Assembly (NCBI GenBank): GCA_028023455.1 | Contig: JAQFVV010000008.1 | Span: 9,486,001 to 9,550,000, forward strand | Direction of reading: 5' to 3' | Length of the DNA stretch: 64,000 bases | Source: Epiperipatus broadwayi | Lineage: Eukaryota > Animalia > Onychophora | Shown here: piece by piece, positions 41,351-55,955 of the stretch | Position numbering within the stretch: position 1 is the stretch's first letter | Layout of the letters: every line of letters begins with the position of its first letter | Notes under the pieces: generated by a model | Told to the model about the DNA's origin: nothing | Seen by the model: only the letters and a program-made list of their open reading frames with translations | The model's database searches: none | Made by a program: the position numbers and the translations under genes

Positions 41351-44300
41351 ACTAAGTTTCTTTTCTTATGACAGTTTAATGTGATATAGGCAATGATATG
41401 ATTATAACTTTCACTAGAGCTTACTTTTATCTGTATCATTACTACAAATTTATGTTGGTCTGCAGAATAGAATAAAATAAAATACCAAAAAAGAAAGTCA
41501 TATTCATAAAGAAAAGTAAGTTTATTGCATTCGAAGTACCTTCATTTCAATTTATCGTGGCAGCAAATCTGACATACAATATTTATTTTCAAAGATTCAT
41601 AATTCAAATATGTAATCAGCTTCAAGAGGTTATTTCAACATTTATGATCAAAAAATAGTTTTTTTTGGGGAAAAAACACCTCTAGACTACTGCTAAGGCT
41701 GAACTGCCCAAGATGAGCAATGTTGATGTTATTAGATTTTTTATTTTGTATTCCACTCAATGCCTAATAAACAATCATCAATAAAACTCAAGCCTTAGTG
41801 ATCCCAAAAACATTTTTGCTCGTTTCTCAGTAAGAAAACAAAATACACCACAAACTAAAAGAAATATAATTTTATGGTAATGCTTTGGGTTCCAGCAATT
41901 GTAATGCAGTGAAATATTTCCATTTTTACTATAATTTATGAAAACAGATATCATCTGCAAACATCAATTAAACTAAGTTCATTCACACAAGGATTAAGAT
42001 ATCAAGCATGCATTTTATTCAATACAATTTTAACTGCAGCTAAATAATTAATATGTAATGTTAAAATAATGGTGGTTAAAACATTAATTATTTTTCTATA
42101 TACGCTATAAAAATAGATTACCGAAAGACTTTTGTCAATATATTACATATCAAAAATTACTATTACATGAATATTATGATTTGAGAGCACCTCAAATAAC
42201 TTTTGGTAGCTGAGAATAAATCTCCAAAACACACACATCCATGTACACAAAAAAACTTGTGGCGAAGATATATTTTTTGTTCATACACTTTCTAGTCACA
42301 TAATTTTAAAAAGAAAACAAAAAATTGACACATCCAACATTATAGCAACTGAAGGAAATGTTTTTTTATTAAAACAGACTATTAAATTCATTATTGACTG
42401 CAAAAATTATAAATTTCTTAGCAGTACAGATTAAACAAATCTTAAATGAACTGAAAAAAACAAGTGGTAATGTGTCGCAAAAGCAATAGGAATTTTTTAG
42501 GGTGATTTTTACAGCTCTGTTTATGATTACATGCAGTTAACAGTAATGTCTTTTCAAATATTCTCCATTTTCGAATAATGTATAAATAACATTGCAAATC
42601 TGTTGAAAAATATATTTACCTTCCAACAGCAACAATAATAAAAAAATATAAATGTGTAAATTCAAAAATGTATTTTAATCAGTTTATTTATCTCAAAATT
42701 ACTTGGAGAATAAGTTTGAACTGTTCCATTACCAAAATTGTAGATTTTGCAGCAGAATAAATTTGATTTAAAAAAAAAAAAGCATTAAAGAAATTTTAAA
42801 TGGTTAAAACTACCCATGCAGAAAAATTTGCTTGTAATACATGTGCATACCAATCAATTTCTAAAAGAAAGAAAAAATACATTATGAAAAAATAAGCTGA
42901 GCTGTAGTCAATATAACTCCACATTCAATTACTATTTTTCTAAAATAAGTTTGTGTTATACAATAATATAAAACTAAACTTTATCTCCTTTCCCTATTCT
43001 CATTTTAAAATGTGCTACCAAATACTTGCCTTATATATTTTCCTTTAAAAATAAATTTTTCTGCAAAGATCTGAACCGAGTTCTAGTTGACACATTCCCC
43101 CCCCCCCCCACAATCAACATTATTTTTATGGCTTAGTGATTAGAAAATCAATTATCAGGCCTACATCATGGTATTTGGAAGCCAGGTCAGTGATATTTAA
43201 AAAATTTTCAGTCACAATCAGGTTTAAATTTTTATTTAAATGCCCCATGGACAATTGTGTTAACTCCATTACTTTTAATTAAAAAGAAAAGGTTCTAGAT
43301 TATACTATATTAGATGGGATGTTAATAATACTGGTTATAAAATAAATAATACAACTATAATATAACAATGTCTTCACCTGTAGTCATGATGACAACATAC
43401 TCCCATGGGTGTTGAGTTCACAATTTATCTTTTTTATTACTACTCAGAATACCTAGCATCACTTGTACATAAATTTTATCTCCAGATTCAATTTTTTCAG
43501 TTAGTTTTCACTGATCAACAATCTTGTTATTCTTTGTAAAAATTTTATTTAAATTCTTTATCTGAAATCCTATGCATTAAATTCTTCAAGATTTCGACAA
43601 TTATAATTATTAAAACATTTCATATATAAAAAAGATCTTGGCTTTTAAAATTTTATTTTCTATATATTGATGATTTCAACATTATTGAGTACAATATTTC
43701 AAATCTTAATAAGAATTTATGAATTATGTATAAGAAACTTCTTCATTAAAAAAAAATAATTTTTTTTTAAAGTTTTTTTAAACTCTAATGATCAAATCTG
43801 GATGAAATTTGCTGAGATTTGACAAATCTGATCAAAACATTAAAAGACCAACCATCTAACACAATAATCAATTTTTCAGTCAGTCAGTCTTTACCATAAC
43901 TGACTTTTTCAGATGATTATAACTGTATTAATATAATGGCTGTCCAGTTATATAAAAAATCAGTTAAGATTTGATGATATAAACACTTACAAGCAGCAAT
44001 ACTAGCACAATACTCATTTACTTTGTTTATAGCTCATATATAAATGTGTGTGTATATATATAATGCATGCATAAATTTATTTATAAAAAAAAAAATTTAA
44101 TAATCTAAAATCAAAGAATAGCACTATATATTATGTTTTTTTAAAAAAAATATTTATTTCATAATCAATAAGCACAATACCAGAAAAATAATTAAGAACA
44201 TTCACTACAAAATACAGATTAGAAATGCAAACAATTACTAGAATAAACCAATTAATCCCAAAACTCCATGATTCAATGATCACTGTCTTGCACATATGCA

Positions 44301-45379
44301 AAGGAAGTTCCTATAGTTTGTATATTCATTACTCAAGTTTTTATAAATGTCTGTTTTCCAGTGTGCTCTCTCACACAAGAAATCTAAGTACCACATTATT
44401 ATGAATGATTTAAAAATAATTACTTTCTGATTGTGAAAGAAAAATGGACAATAAAATAGAAAATTTGTACATAATTTTATTACAAAGTGCAACTTTGTAA
44501 TATTATTACCATATAATATTATAATAATTAATTATTATTTTATGGCTGCTTTATATATTTTCTTTTTTAATTAATATGTACAGTGTATTTATTAACATGA
44601 AAGTAATTTTTAAAAAAATAAAATCTAAAAAATTAAACTTATAATATTAATTATAATGTCATACTAAATGAAATAGCAGACAGATTTTTTCTTGTGTTTA
44701 ATGAATCTTTAATTACTAAGTAAGTAGTTAACAAATGTGCATGTATGAATGGGATAGTGGTTAAATTTGCTCTTTCTGCAAATATATTTTTCAAATGTCA
44801 TTTGATCTCTGAAACATATAACAATTATATAATCTGAAATTTTTGAGAGTAAAAAAAAATATTAATCAAGATTTATAATTATAAATTGCATCTATTAATG
44901 GGTTTTTTTTCCCATTTCAAATTTTATTAATATTTAAAAAAATATTTATCAGGATATTGAGTTAAACTTTTGTTTGTTTATAAAACATATTTTTATATCG
45001 ATTAAAAAAAAAAATGTATACAACAATGCCAAAACTTACATTTGTAAGTGACACAATATGCAAAAATTGATACCCAAATCATCCAATTTAATCATTATTC
45101 AAATGAAACAAAAATTATTTATAAGAATATTATATATATGTGTGTACATGAACGTTGAGTGTATAAAAGACAACTATTAGCTTGCAAGAGAAAAAAAAAA
45201 TGTTAAAAATATATAATAAAAAAATAAAAGATCAATAACATTTGTTCAAGCAAAAACACACACTATATATAGAATATGTTTTAAACATTTAACTTTCTAA
45301 CAAATTAAAATCATGTGGAAAGTCTTATTCAAATTAAAATTAGGATTTTTGTAACAGCTGAATTAAAGTGAGAAAAAAT

Positions 45380-45700
45380 AGTGTAAAAAGAGGGGCCAAT
45401 AATAAAACTGTTGAAGAGAATATTTCTTTCCAAAGGGGATTTGTCTGACACCATTGTATGCAAAATTGATCCAGATTTGATCCAAGATTTGATTTGAAGC
45501 AATACAAAACGATTTGCTGAGAGTAAGTTTACAAAGCAAAGAATAGGAGGAGGAGAAAGGGAGGATATAAGCATGCATCAATAGCTCAATCAAATTGTTT
45601 TACCAATCTTAAGTTTTGGAGCAGAATTCTGATTCTGTAACAGATTTGTTTTGCCATCTGCACCTTCTCTAGATAAGTTGAAACAATTCACTCTGAACTT
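45380..45700 (+). mobile_element. RTE-like LINE remnant
   Basis: IVLPILSFGAEF* resembles the RTE motif VLPVLxYGxETW. Confidence 0.45.
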
Positions 45701-47440
45701 GCTTTCATTCAATATTAGTGGGGGAGAGGAAAAAAAGTGATTCAAGTCTTATTATTTAAAAAAAAAAAAAATTACAAGTAGGGTTTTATTTTAATACATG
45801 TATAATATTTATTAATTTATTATAATACATATATATAATTAAGAGACTAGATAAATACGTTACAATCTGCTCTAATGCTTTTATCATCCCTGTTAGTATT
45901 TCTAACCCATAGTTTCTCTTCTAATACTACTCCAGCAAGTTTCCTTATCCATCTATTTCACATGTAGTCACTTTCTAGCTATCTTAAAATTTAGAGGGAT
46001 TCAGTTTGAGAATTCAGTTATCTATTTATTATCATAACTTCTACCAGCAATTCAAGTTAATCTTCATTTCAACTTTTAATCCTCTCAATAAAATCATGAA
46101 TATCTGCTACATCACTCATTTATGTATTTTACTACAAATTCTTCATAGTTGTCTCTCCATACTTTGTTATATGCTCTGCAATCTTAGTATTACTTTTCTA
46201 ATAAGTGTTCAAGTCTCAGATCAGTAACTAAATAATAGTAGAACTCATCTATTGTAATTTTTTTTTCTTTTAATATTATTTCTACAAAAAGCACCAAATT
46301 TAAGTTAAATTTTATGATTAATTGCATTCATTATGTTTCAAACTTATTATCTTCTTTTAATTAATTAATATCAACCATTGTTTACTTTTTTTTTTCATTT
46401 TTGGATACTCACTGAACATTCCCCCCCCCCCTCAATATTTACTAATTTTAGATCTAATGTTTTGCTTTCATATCATCTATAAAATCCACATTGCATATTT
46501 CAAATAGAGTTGATGAATGATGGTATCACCCCCCCCCTACCAAATGCTAATCTTAAAAAATATCAGATGACTCCAGCTTATGCAAAGCTTTTCAAAAGCT
46601 AACCTCATTTCACTAAAGCTCTGCCACATATTATACGCTTGAATAAATCTCTACTTATCATCAGACTGGTATTTTAGTTTAAGGATTTAATCAGTAAGAG
46701 TTTTGAACCTGGATCTAATGCATCTAAATTTTTTGAATTTCACCCAGCAGCCTTTTATTCTTTATTTTTTTTACTATCAAGCTACTAGCTTGAAATTCAA
46801 AAATATATTAATGTCAAATTTGAAGACAAGCCATTTTGTTTGCAGAATTATATAGTTTGATGTTAGTTTATATATATATTTAGCTGTCAACATTTTTTAT
46901 AATAACTGTAGGTATTTCTATCTCTTGGCCAAGATTTGTATAAAACTAAAAAATAAATAAATCACATGATCACAACTTATATACTCTTTTTCAAGAACCA
47001 ATCTTATTCTACTACCAATTCTGCCACTTATTATAAGTTTGATTAATCAATAGATGTGTGATGTAGTGCTTATAAAATCCGTATGCTTACAGCCTCCATT
47101 TTGAATCTGAATCTAATGCACCTGGATTTTTTTTTTTTTTTATCTATGCACTTTTTATCCAGCAGCTAGCTACCTATCTCTTTTTGTTCTATTAAATTGC
47201 CAGCTTGAAATTCAAAACGTATACTAATGTTTTGAATCCAAGATAGCTCATGCAATGCTTTTTCTATTTGATAGCATTTTTGATTAAAGAACATAAGTGT
47301 CTGAAAAATGAAAGACAAATACATAAATATTGAACTAGTGTTTAGTGGACTGAATTCAAAACATTACACTTGCTGTTACATTTTGATTAATATTCTTTAA
47401 ATCAATTATTTTATATAGTGCGATGTTTTATAAACTGTAA

Positions 47441-47593
47441 TAACTAAACAGCATTAAGCTGTTGCACACGCGCTTTGCAGATTTTAATTATAAATGACTG
47501 AAGACTTTATCATGTGTTTGAAGTGTTTGTATTCAGTCATTTATAGTTAAAATCTGCAAAGCGCATGTGCAACAGCTTAATGCTGTTTAGCTA
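47441..47593. repeat. Near-perfect hairpin / small MITE (62-bp arms, 29-nt spacer)
   Basis: 47441-47502 vs 47532-47593 match 59/62; a related single arm lies at about 32620-32675. Confidence 0.9.
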
Positions 47594-48051
47594 TTAATAT
47601 TCTTTAAAATTTGACATTCTCAAAATACTGTATATCATGATATCTAAAGCTTTAATTAAGACAAAAATGTTTATTGAGTTGAATGTTTTATTTTAATCTA
47701 CAAATCCAATACAAAATGGCATAATACTTTCAGTTCTTTCTATAACATTCTTTAATACTTAATGATTCCTACTTTGCTATAAGCCATTTTTAAAATCCAG
47801 CTTGTTTATTTAGATGACTTGAAATAATCTCAGTAAATATCTAACATACATATTCCTTTTTCTACAAATACATAGACAGCTTTAGATAACATAGGGCTTC
47901 ATTTCCGCAGAACCATAAGAGTGTAGAAAATATATAATTCTCTATCGACATTATGATCTTAAGTTTATAATTAATGAAAGAATACACTTGCAGATATAGC
48001 TCATATTTTTCTAACTAGTTGAAATGTGATTCATTATTAAACAGTTCTTTC

Positions 48052-50660
48052 AACAATTATTATACCATTATATATTTATTAACAATATATATCTAGTATG
48101 TAGTTCTATGACTAGGCAATGGAATACTATGATCAAATAGTAACTCTTTATCATTGTCAGTCATAATTAGATATGACACCATTTTAATTAATTCAATTTA
48201 TTCCAGTGTCACAATTTTAAAGCTATATTATAATCTTTAATAAGCACAATATCATTAAAATGTTTAATAACTTGTGCTAATGTTAAACTGCAGCAAACAC
48301 ACACACACACATATTATTAAAGAATAAATAAAAGTGCGAGTGTAAAAGCTTAATGATATGTTAGAATACCTCAGAAACAAAATAAATCAACTAATTAATT
48401 ATGCAGAAAGAGAAAACTTACTGAAAATTAATTTGCATGTAAAGAAAAATTTGCTTTATACAAATTATCAAAGCTGATAAAAAGTCTCTAGAAGATCCAA
48501 GTAAAAGAAAAGTGAAATAAAGTTGTGTGTGAAAAGATAAATTAGTGAAAATAAAGTTGTTCTGGACACTAATAAAGAAGAGCTCTAATCAAGAATCTAA
48601 TTGGACTATCTCTAAATTAATGGATATGAGCAGTAAGGTACTTACAAAATTATAAAGTTACAAGTTACTGAGTAAAGAGACTTTATAGATATTATATCTC
48701 TAAGGAGATTTGAACTTTAGAGATATGAGTGATCTTATTCTCAACTAGCAAATTATGAAGTTGAATTACTAATATCTTACTAATATCATTATTATTATTC
48801 AGATTAAATACTCTTGAAGTTTTATTTAAGCTTTGTTGTTTTTCTTATTTATTAAAATATAATTAATCAGCTGCCAACTGACTGCTTAGTCCTGGATATA
48901 TTATTTGGCACAGTTTGACAGTCTAACCTGTAAGGCCTGGATACTATTTGGCACTGATCAACAGTTTAACCTGTGAAGTTTAGATAAGCATTAGTTTGAG
49001 ATATTAAATTTAGAGGTGTAGTGAACTGAATATGCAGAACAACGTAACAATATTTGATATACAAAATCCAGGTCAATGTTAAATATATACAAATCATATT
49101 TAAAGTTGCAATGCTGTTATTAATGTCCGGTAAAGATATCTTGAATGTGGCAAATCATTTATGTGATCCCACGCTGCCTGAAAAAATACCCTATAAAGAG
49201 TTATTGAAAAAAAGTAAATAAATATTTTAAACCCAAAACATCGAAATTTACAATTATGTCTTCATTTTTTGAGGGAGGATACAGTCACAAAATGAAAATA
49301 TATTGACTTGGTATATGAACATTAGCAAAAATCGTGAATTTAATAATTTTATTGAAAATGCAACTGGATTATCTACTATAAAGAATAAGACAAGTAAAGC
49401 TTAGAAAAATATTATTAACCTAGAAGGGATTAATGTAAAAGATCGCTATTGAACAAGTTTTAGCTTATGAAGCCATGGTTGATAAAAACTTTCAGAAATA
49501 TGAGAGTAAAACAAGTATAAATACGGCAAAATGATGACAGATAAGTAAAAAGTTAACAAATCCCCCCTCCCCACACTTGTTATTGTGGAACAACAGGATA
49601 TTTAAAAATTGCAGATTTAAAATGAAATATTTTAATTGCGGATTTAAAGGTCATTAATCAAAGTTATGTAAGCGATGAATGACAAAGCAGGATTTATGGC
49701 AAAAGAGTAAATCAAGGGTAGGAGTATTTAAAAAGTTGACGTTTATGAATAAATTGAAAGATACTGATAATACGCTAAAAATAAAAGTTAAAGTTGTTTG
49801 ATGAATGAATTGTTGCTGTTGAGGAAAGAAAGGTCATATTTGTCAAAGGTCCGCAATAAAAACCATCAAATGTCTAAAGTTGATTTACCGTAAAATAGTA
49901 AGACAAGGGAAGTAGTAGTGAAGAATGTCAACATTCGAGAAATAAGTATCAGACATGTTAAAACTGCTACAGTAAAAATAAAGGCCCAAAATAAATTTCC
50001 ACCATGAAGCAAAAACAGTTATTTGGAAAATGTAAAATTTACCATGATCCAAAATGTAGGAATTAAAGATAAAATAAAAAGGAAATGGCTAACAGAAATA
50101 ATTACAAAAATATTATCTGAACAAATATGCGATATAAGATTAGAAGACAGCATAGTATTTAAACATCATATAAACAACATTAGAGAACAGAATCATTAGA
50201 AGATGTAGTGATTAGTTCTAACTCAGAGAAAGCAAATCAGGCTAATATTTCTGATAAAAGTGAAGTAACAAACTCCAGTTAGCTCTCCTGTTCAAGAAAA
50301 AGCTATTGATGTCAATAGCTGGCAGAAGAAAGATATTTACTTCTAACAAGGCCTACCAGAGTGCAGAGACTGTTAAAATTACAATTATTACACCATTATA
50401 GATTTATTAACAGTTGTATATGTATATAGTTCTATGACTAGGCAATGGGATATCAACAGTGATAATTAGATGCAACACCATTTTAATTAATTCAATTTAT
50501 TCCAGCATCACAATTTTAGAACTACATTATAAACTTTAGTAAACCCAACATTATTAAGATGCTTATTTAAAAATTTGTGCTAATGTTAATAAAAAATGTA
50601 AAGCAATACTTGTTTAATACTAAAATACGATTTCTCCATTCAAAATAGTCTCACATACAC
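48052..50660 (+). mobile_element. Degenerate, internally deleted Gypsy LTR retrotransposon
   Basis: Diverged direct repeats (LTR-like) at about 48052-48284 and 50371-50590. Internal frames give HLCDPTLPEKIPYKELLK (K02A2.6-type gag) and two zinc-knuckle remnants (CYCGTTGYLK near 49580; CCC*GKKGHIC near 49812). Purine-rich tract then TGTTA at 50371. Confidence 0.6.
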
Positions 50661-50689
50661 ATGTATTAATTTGTGTTCATATTAAGCAA

Positions 50690-50880
50690 GTCTTCTATCT
50701 ACTGAATAAGTCAAAATAGCTTCTTTGTTGAATTTCGCAGTTCATAACATGCATTACACGAACAGCACATCTAACCAACATTCATTCAGAATAAATGTGA
50801 GATGTGCAGTTATTTTTGCTTCAGTTCATTGTAGGACACACTCCAGCAATTGAATGGTATAATGTAATGAATTTATGACA
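50690..50880 (-). mobile_element. Tc1/mariner transposase C-terminal remnant
   Basis: NELKQKITAHL...WLDV resembles the ELKxRIxxA....LDVC tail of mariner-like transposases. Confidence 0.35.
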
Positions 50881-52198
50881 ATCTCTATTTTAGATCTGCT
50901 TCTACATCTGCCATACTCAACCTGTGGCCCACAAAACTTTTATTTGCAGCCATAGTTAACTAACAGTTAACAGATGTGGATGACACTTATCTGTACTTTT
51001 GCAATGAGAGAGAAAAAAAAATTTCGACTTGCGATGGATTTTTATTTATTTATTGATGAGCTAATAAAATTAGCTGCCAATTTTAAAATTTTAGATCTAA
51101 ATAATCATGGAGGGAAAAACCTGCCTTTATTATTGCTGAGTAACCATTTGTGTTTGATTTTTTTTATTAATGTGCTAATAATGTTAGCTATTAATTTTTA
51201 CCTTTAGTATGCAAATTACTCTATTGGCAATTTTTGATTGGACAATTACAAAATCAGCAGTAAAAACATATTCATTTTTTAAAATTATATTTGTTGTAGT
51301 TTAGCTGCTCAAATGCAAATTAATAATTCATCAGATTATTAAAATAAAGTTTTTTAAAAAATAAAATTCTATTTATAATTGATGAAAATAATTTATAGTT
51401 GTTAATTTAAAATGTACAATTGTCAAACAATTTCAAATTGCAGTTGTATATCATTGATTTCTGTGTTAATTTGTCTCCTCGTAAAAATAAATATTTTCTA
51501 CTACAAGTCTAAATTATTCTTTTATAATAATTAATATTTCACAAGTATTTTGTGATAGAAGTAATAAATGTGTAACAAAATATAGCAAATATATGTTTTC
51601 ATTTTCAAAATCGTAATGAAGAGAACTGTCAAAATTGATGACAGCCTCTCACATGTGGAGAGAGCAAGAAACTATCAACCAATGTCTTAGAAGACTTTTA
51701 CTTGTGTCATTATAATTATGTTAAATTTAAATATTATTTATTTTATTAGTTAAAAAAAAAAAGTCTAGCCACTATTCAATACAATTTTTCTTATAAAATG
51801 AATAGAAAATCGTGAAATAAACATTAAAACAGTCGTTAAAGTGAGTTAAAGCAAAGAACAAAAATTTTTGGTCCTTTCATAAGATTTTAATTTGAACTAC
51901 CATGCGAGGGAAGAATTCGCCTTTATTATTAATGAGTAACCACTTGTGTTTGATTTTAATTTTTTTTAGTGACATGTTAATAATATTAGCTGCTTATATC
52001 CTGTATTAACTAAGCCAAAGTTGTTGTCTTATATGTGAATATAAACACAGGCTCATAAAATATATTTATAAGAAGAAATCTGGACTAGTCCAATATTTGA
52101 AGGAAAGATATTATGAATGATTATCATAAGTGATTTGAAAAACTTATAGTTGTTTTGCAAAGTATTACTTTATATCAAATTATAATTAAATACCCAAA

Positions 52199-55100
52199 AT
52201 GATGTCTTCAAAGAACAAACAAAAAATATCTGATGAAAAAAGAGTATTTCAAGATAAGTGGGAAGAGGAATATTTTGTTGTATTAAGTAACAAAGGTTCA
52301 GCAAAGTGTTTGATTTGTCAAGGCAATAACACTAAAAAAATTTAACATTGATCATCATTATAGCACAACACATAAATTGTTTAATGATATTTTTTCTCAT
52401 GGGTCTTTGACAAGAAATGAAAAATTAGCTTTCTTCAGAAAATCATTGCGGCAACAACAAAGTGTTATGTCAGTGGCGATCTTACAAGAAATTGTGGTGA
52501 CACAAGCATTATATGAGATTTGTTACATACTTGGCAAAAATTTGAAACTATTTACTGATGCTGAAATTGCATAAGAATGTTTCATAAATAATTCCAATAT
52601 ATTACACCTGGGTCTCATTTTATGTGGTAGATAGGTTCCTCAGAAAACGCGCACAAAAGAAATCGCACAAAAATAGACTTAACTAACCTTGAAAAATGGG
52701 GTATATGTACTGTAATTTTCCAAAAATCGCATAAAAGCAAAGCAACAATATAAAATTACTTTAAAATTCGCATAAAAAATAAATAAGAAAATTAAATATG
52801 ACTAATACTAAAGTACCAAAATTTCAAATTTGAAAAAAAATTGATACAAGACAAACCTTTTTTACTTTTTTTATTAACTACAGTATTTAATTTTATTCAA
52901 AACAATATATTTTTATGCGTAATTTACATTTTTTTCATACATGTACGGTGTTTTAATTATTATAGCTATTTGAGACATCAGATTCGTCATGATGTGAGAT
53001 ACTGTAGCTTCTCCTTAAATGAAATCAAGAGGAAATACAACTAAAATGTTTTCCAATCACTCTTGATCCTTCCCATTTCACTAAGCGATCTAAAATTGAA
53101 ATTTTTGTTTCCAAAAAAATTCATTTTCTTGGGTGTTTTTTTCTCTCCGTTGGAGTAAACTAAAAGTTTAAAATAAAAAGAACTTAAGACTTACGATAAT
53201 ATAAAGACACTGACTCACCACTGTTGGGAAAAATTTAACAATTAAAAATTAAATTCTTATTTTTGTCTTTAATTTTTTAATTTTCAATTCCGTTTAAAAA
53301 TCAAATTTCATCGTTTCACGTCACCTCATTACGTAATTTTTAAATTGTTAATTACAATTAAAAATCAGATTTTAATTGCCAAATTTAATTGTGCCCTCCG
53401 CTGTTACCTTTTAAAAATAAACTTGCGGACACTAAATGATTAATTGATTACGTACTCGTTTCATAAAAAGCAAAAATTGAACGTGATTTAAAATGCAAAA
53501 ACAACAACCTACATCGTATAGGCATCTATAACGTTTGAACAGATTTACATTATAATCTTGTAAAATTTATTACTTGCAGACACTAAATGATTAATTAATT
53601 ATGTAATCTTTTTATAAAAAGCAAAAATAGAACACGATTTAAAATGCAATAACAACAAACATAGTATTTTTCATCTATAACATTTGAACAGATTTACATT
53701 ATAGTCTTGTAAAATTTAATGTGTGTATATAAAATGGGGAAATTCTGATTTCAAGTGAATTATGAACTTCTTTATTACATAAAATCTATTACAGTACTAT
53801 TATAAAGCACTGAAAATATTAAAATTATTAGATTGAAGTCGAACTCCGATAATGCACTATTACCTTAAATATGACGTGAGTGTGCGAAATTTATAATATT
53901 TATAGTAACAGCGCATTATCGGAGCTCGACTTCTGATCTAATAATTTTTATTGCATAAAAGAAAACCGCATACAAAGATATTAAGAAGAATCATAAATCG
54001 CATAACTTCAAAATCGCATTAAATAAATCCGCATAAAACGAGACCCGGGTGTATTTGGTAACTTTAGCAATAAAAATCAAATAATATTACAAATTAAAAA
54101 ACTCCAACTCTCAGATTCTACCTGCATTAGACACATTGAAGATATTGAAAAAATATTTCTAATAACATTTGAAAAATTGCAAATATTTTAATATGAGTGT
54201 TGATTCTAGCACTGACATTTCAGCAAGGTCACAATGTGCCATTTTCATCAGATATTGTACTGAACCAAATTTCACTTCATGAAGATTTTTTAAAATTTTT
54301 TCATATGAAGGACCAAACCAGAGATAATGATTTTCTTGATAATATTAATACTTTTCTGGAAAAGAATAATATTGAAATAAAAAAATTGGTTTCTGTGTGC
54401 ACTGATGGATATCCTTCAATGTTTGGATCCAAAAAGGGATTTGTTTCCTTATTAAAAAAAAAATACAATTTAACAAATCTCTTATCATTTCATTGTTTAA
54501 TTCATCAAGAAAACTTTGAAGCACATATATCCATAAAAGAAATAGATGTTGTGATGAAAACCGTCATAAACATTGTAAATTATATTTGAGCCAGAAAATT
54601 GAACCATAGAAAATTTAAAAATCTTTTGGAAGAAGTTTTGGATCACTTTTTTTCATTATGGCATGAAATTATTTCATTTTTACAAGAAAACAATAAAGTT
54701 TACAATGAGTTTGACAATGATGGATGGTGGTGTCTTTTAGCTTTTTTATGCAACTTCATGGAAAACCTTTATGATTTTAATATTACTTTACAAGGCGAAA
54801 ATAAAATTATTTTGCAAGTGGCTAATAAAATATCTGCATTTGAAGAAAAATTAAAGATTTATTACCAAGAGTACAAAACCAAATACTACATCATTTCCCA
54901 ATATTAATTAAAACTAAGCAAGATAGTATTGACATTTCTTCAGAAACCTATACCATCATTTCAAATTATTTAGCTACCTTATTGAAAGAATTTACAAGCA
55001 AATTTCAAGATTTAAAAAATATTAAGAATTGTCTTTTACTTATAGAAAATCCTTGGCACTTAGTAATAACAACTATTACACAATTAGCTGTATTTGGACA

Positions 55101-55453
55101 TAATTATGTTAAGACTATTGGATGAATTTATTGAATTTAAAAATGACATGAATTTAGAGGTCATTTTTAAAGAAAAAAGAGAGGAAAAGGAGTATATGGA
55201 ACTTTGGAAATTAATGCCTGAAAAATATAAATTTTTCAAAAAGTATGCACAAATGTCGCTCACATTGTTCACATATATATATATATATGTTTGTGAATCA
55301 TCTTATGCAAAAATGAAATATGCAAAAAAGGTATATGGAAACAGCCTTACTAATTCATACCTTGATCATATATCAAGGGTAACATGTAGTACTTATAAAC
55401 CTGATTATTGTAAAATTGTTAAAAGTTTGTCTCAATATCAAAAATTGAATTAA
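52199..55453 (+). pseudogene. hAT transposase pseudogene split by the insertion at 52605-54051
   Basis: KRVFQDKWEEEYF..KCLIC (N-terminal Zn finger), SVDSSTDIS, CTDGYPSM, HCLIHQE, LQGENK, VCESSYAKMK. Stops, frameshifts, and loss of the RWLSRG block. Confidence 0.9.
52605..54051. mobile_element. Non-autonomous Tc1/mariner-type element (TA TSD), inverted copy of 5413-6633
   Basis: TA|cacctgggtctcattttatgt ... gcataaaacgagacccgggtg|TA (18/21). Extra internal tandem duplication of about 150 bp at about 53428-53718. Confidence 0.9.
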
Positions 55454-55937
55454 TATTTAAACAAATGTTTAGATCAAATAAAAGTTTTTGTTTTATTAAC
55501 CTGTTATTTATAAAATATAATGCAGTGATCTACAATTAATAAATGCACTACCACTGCTGATATAGCAAGTTGCGGCCTGCTTGATTCAGTAAACTAATGT
55601 ATGTGGCCAGAGCAAAAAAAAAAAAAAAAAGAGGTTAAGTATGGCTGTTTTAGATGATAGCTGTAATCAGGAAAAAAGATGATTTCTGATGTTAAAAAAA
55701 AGATTCTATTTTTTTTATAATTTCAAATTATTAAATACTGATTTTTGTTTATTTTTTTTTAAAATCTTACAAACCGATGAAACACTTTATATCAGTAATG
55801 TTAAAAATATTTATCAATGTTTTTCTTTTTTCAAGATGTTTTTAGTAAAAATATGCTAATTAGAAAAATAAAAAATAAAATTGACGCTGGAAAGATCTTA
55901 ATGTAGAAGAAAATAAAGACCAGGATAAGATTTACAT

Positions 55938-55955
55938 ACACACACACACACACAC
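55938..55955. repeat. (AC)n microsatellite
   Basis: acacacacacacacacac run; similar runs near 3478 (GT), 35806 and 48297. Confidence 0.9.

Larger units (their letters stand above)
50908..55647 (+). mobile_element. Full-extent hAT transposon (Buster/Charlie clade, GTF2IRD2/EPM2AIP1-like transposase), dead, with nested MITE
   Basis: TIR ctgccatactcaacct / aggttaagtatggctg (14/16); TSD ttctacat / ttttagat (6/8, central TA). Confidence 0.85.

Noticed and set aside
43370-43430. Minus-strand QHPWEYVV segment resembling the RNF38 MRPWE motif, with a GT donor
   Set aside because: Stops immediately upstream in all frames, and donor phase 1 is incompatible with the phase 0 exon at 39979.
43896-43966. 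ATGATTA followed by a TAACTG/CAGTTA stem inside a hairpin
   Set aside because: No room for GAAA or stem III; a simple imperfect hairpin.
46620-46670. Minus-strand CTGATGA with a weak stem II
   Set aside because: GAAA and the stem I and III elements are not recognisable.
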